Under the pieces are notes generated by a model. That model did not search any database. It was not told the DNA's origin and saw only the letters and a program-made list of their open reading frames with translations. Both the position numbers and the translations under genes were made by a program. Below, in pieces: positions 50,225 through 53,521 of a stretch of DNA of 53,521 nucleotides (position 1 is its first letter; each line of letters opens with the position of its first letter). The DNA is from Octopus bimaculoides (Eukaryota), in contig NC_068982.1 in NCBI RefSeq assembly GCF_001194135.2, positions 26,493,694-26,547,214 on the forward strand, written 5' to 3'.

Positions 50225-50352
50225 GTTTTTTTCCGTTTCAATCCTTCTGCACAGCATCTATGTAAGTGTTTTCTACTACAGACTACAACCGCACATTTTC
50301 TTGTGAGTGGATTTCCTACTGAAACTGTGAAAGTCACGACAATATAAGCATG

Positions 50353-50421
<69 letters not shown>

Positions 50422-50431
50422 NNNNNNNNNN

Positions 50432-50489
<58 letters not shown>

Positions 50490-50800
50490 ACATGTTCACA
50501 CACAACATACACACACACAACATACACACACACAACATACACACACATACACACACACGCACAAGCACCACCCTTATATATGTGTGTGTATGTGTGTGCG
50601 CACACGTGTATGCGTCTGTCTAAGTTGAACCCCACACTTAACAACCAGTGTTTGTTTACAATCCCGTAACTTAGCGATTCGGTAAATGAGAGACATAGAA
50701 TAAATATCAAACTTAAAATAAGTATTGATGTATTTTCCGATTAACCTTTCCCAATTTTACTCGCATAGCCGTTGTCCAATGTCTGAAACAAGTAAAAGAA
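50225..50800 (+). mobile_element. Composite SINE: C head + (CA)n/(TG)n tract + B tail
   Basis: GTTTCAATCC B-box-like, AAGTGTTTTCTACTACAG, CTTGTGAGTGGATTT; microsatellite about 50350-50610; tail GTTTACAATCCCGTAACTTAGCG...CTGAAACAAGTAAAAG. Confidence 0.7.
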
Positions 50801-51099
50801 TTAAAGTGAGAACTGTCCTTCAAAAGAAAGCGGTATTCAACAACATAATCTTACATATAGATAAAACAAGACCGGTATGGCTGGAATGCTTTTAATAATA
50901 GATCCAGTTAAGCAGAGCTGACCTAGGGTAAAACAATAGCAATTCATTACTTATGTCTGTATATTTGCTGTTGATTCATAGATTCTCTCAGTCAGAGGAG
51001 ATAAGGAAAAACCGAAAACTACTGACAATCCATAAATATTGTTTCTATCAGACACATACATATTTCATCATCAGCGCTAACTCAATCAAAATGTGTTTC

Positions 51100-52900
51100 T
51101 ATCACCTGTACCTCAGCAACAAAATGGCATTTGGCAATTCCTGTCTCTATGTATTTGCTATTTCTACAGCTATGAAGATTTCTCTAATTCTGCACCCAAT
51201 GTTGAACGACATCGAGAAACTTACATTTGAAGTCGTCATACTCACTGATGTCAAAGCTCACAACTCCCCCGAGCCCTAACATTCTTCGCACGTGGAAAAT
51301 ATTAATACAAGCTGAATCATTTGACATCCTGAACTGTTAGCATTGGGTTATCAGCTCACTCTCGATACTAACTAACTCATCCAATCTCTTCACGTTTTTC
51401 TTACCTCAATTCGCAACCATTTTCTTTGCCCACTGCATCTGGCTCCATCGGATAACATAATTACTGTCTAAACTCAACATACCTCATATCATTCTACGCT
51501 ACTTTAAGACATTTTCAAGTCATTAATGTATGCCCTTTCTACATTAATTACTCCCCATAGCAAATGTTTCAACCTTAATATCACCCTCTTAGTTACTGAG
51601 AATTTCCCTCATAATACTCCACAATTTCTACGGACCAAACCAGGTCTGGATGCTTCTTTGATCATTCCTCGCAAAACCCCCGGCTATGATTGTATTCTAT
51701 TTGATGTAACAAAAAGATTGTATGTAGGATTGGCTTCCGTGCTTACATCTTCTAATTTCTCCTTCTGTAAGTGAATTTTGTCCTAAATACTGAAAACATG
51801 TACCCTTCATCTCTATACTCACCATCTCCAATTTATACCTTTCCCCAAAGGCAATAATTTGATTTTACCCTGTCAAACCACAACCTAATCCAATCACGCT
51901 TCCACAAATTTAATGGAAGCAGTCGAAAACAGAAAACACTTTACTATCTGAGGGACTACTGAACCGATTTCATAGACTCCAATTTCCTTGTATGTCACTT
52001 TTCCATGGTTATAACTCATCAGAACTTCGACGAAAGCAGTGTGAGCTTTTGACCATAGATAGTTACCCTAACGTGTATGGGAAGAATGCTTCAAGAATAG
52101 CTAAAATTTCCATGTAGGTACATCATCAATAAATTGTCAACAGGTTTCTCTGCATCCTAGTGTTTTCCTTTCTTCCAAACACTTCTATATATAACTTTTC
52201 TCACTGCTATTTCTAACAACATACACCACTCTACAAACTACTCATCCTTTACATGAGGCTGGATTTGACCTGCTTCACTGCAAAGGATAACCTTAGAATC
52301 CAGGATATATAACAACACCATAATGTGATTACAACAAAACAAGGGAACAATGTAGCAACACAACATGCTCGCTTTCTGGGAACAACAGACGGCTAAAACC
52401 CTAAAAACCTCTAGAAAGTCTAAACGTAATATTCTTACTGCATTTTATGTCAATCAGGTAAGTTAAGTATTACTAAAAGTATATCCAAAAAATGTACTGA
52501 CTTAATTGCTAACTAACAAATGACAAGTGTGAGTCCTGCTGAGTACTGCTCATATATTTAGGATGACACTGTTTTTCCAAACAACCCAGGTACTTTCAAA
52601 AGTAGGATATCCTGTTGATTGGCATTGATTCGCCCATTAAAATCTTGCAACCACTCTTCTCCATGCCTCACCCAATGCTACTATAATAGTTTAGTTTTTC
52701 TGATTTGGCTTGGTGTAGACAACTTTCAAGTATGTTTACTCAATACATCCATCGCTTATTCCCTCCTTGCTCCTAGTAATTGACGTCAAAAAACTACACT
52801 AAACTTTTGATCAGTTCTTCTTATCGAGAACCAATGTTCACCTAAGCACTTTGCGCCTGTGCATTCTGACGTTACCCTTCAGATTAAAACTACTTCAATG
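51100..52900 (-). mobile_element. Probable highly decayed RTE-type LINE
   Basis: C/T/A-skewed plus strand; scattered minus-strand remnants (DSKVILCSEA..Q, QYLG, VTKRVILRLK) in an order compatible with RTE APE end to RT C-terminus; weak. Confidence 0.4.
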
Positions 52901-53456
52901 TCACCATGCAACTTAATAATGAAGCAACAATTTTCATAAAATGAGACGTGACATTCAATTTTTTTGTTTTTAGTTAATGTTTCTAACTTTTTCAAAGTAT
53001 CTATGAAATTAAGCGATTCCGTTCTCTCAATAGCAGTTCCTGTTCCCTTCTGTCTATCTCTAGTCGGTTATTTTTACCCATTTCTCACACTAGCTAACAC
53101 GATTTAACTTTGCATTTTTTTCAAATGTCTGTCCCTTTGTCTCTCTTTCAGTCTGTCTTTCAGTCTCTCCACTCTCCTTCACAGATACCTACCCGCCCAT
53201 GCACACAGACACGCACTCCTCCCACACACACATACACACAGGTGGGCCTGCGCACACAAATGCTCACCCAGTGATGCATATATGTACACGACCGTTTTAT
53301 TACAGGAAACATTCACAATATACATTATGTGTTGTGAAGAAATCTAACGTTTGATGAAGAGAAATGAAATATTTGGAAGTAATGAGTAAGAAATAGATTT
53401 GAAGTGATTAACTTGAAGAAAAAAGAGAAGAAAAAGAGAACAGTAGGTAACAAGTA

Positions 53457-53521
<65 letters not shown>

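Larger units (their letters stand above)
4327..50431. other. 13 assembly gaps (about 4327-4512, 5713-5901, 7542-7894, 13025-13283, 14865-15577, 23657-23999, 28345-28853, 30297-30337, 33207-33536, 34097-34114, 43845-44349, 47077-47148, 50422-50431)
   Basis: N runs; most are bordered by simple repeats. Confidence 0.97.
1..53521. repeat. Abundant (TA)n, (TG)n, (TACA)n, (AAT)n and (GA)n microsatellites throughout
   Basis: Direct, e.g. 3842-3925, 6145-6197, 14060-14098, 16520-16580, 23610-23656, 53460-53521. Confidence 0.98.

Noticed and set aside
1-53521. Many ORF-track entries ([16 protein letters not shown], long X runs)
   Set aside because: They are translations of microsatellites and N gaps, not coding sequence.

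Overview
AT-rich, repeat-dominated eukaryotic genomic DNA from a draft assembly, with 13 N-gaps, most bordered by (TA)n, (TG)n or (TACA)n tracts. The interspersed repeats resemble families I associate with octopus (coleoid cephalopod) genomes; this is recognition, not a database result. I cannot support any intact host protein-coding gene, tRNA, rRNA or CRISPR array. Most ORF-track entries are microsatellite, N-run or short chance ORFs. Supported content: more than 20 SINE-type copies in about 4 families; two L1/Tx1-like non-LTR retrotransposon relics; three decayed mariner transposases and two mariner MITEs; hAT-type MITEs (two with 8-bp TSDs); a probable RTE relic; and a large foldback element. 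The best second-look signals are a well-formed minimal type I hammerhead ribozyme on the minus strand (4546-4590), a second hammerhead-like core (31680-31715), a composite SINE that carries its own internal microsatellite, and several inverted-repeat or dsRNA-forming structures. Family labels A-E are my own working names. Boundaries of decayed elements are approximate.
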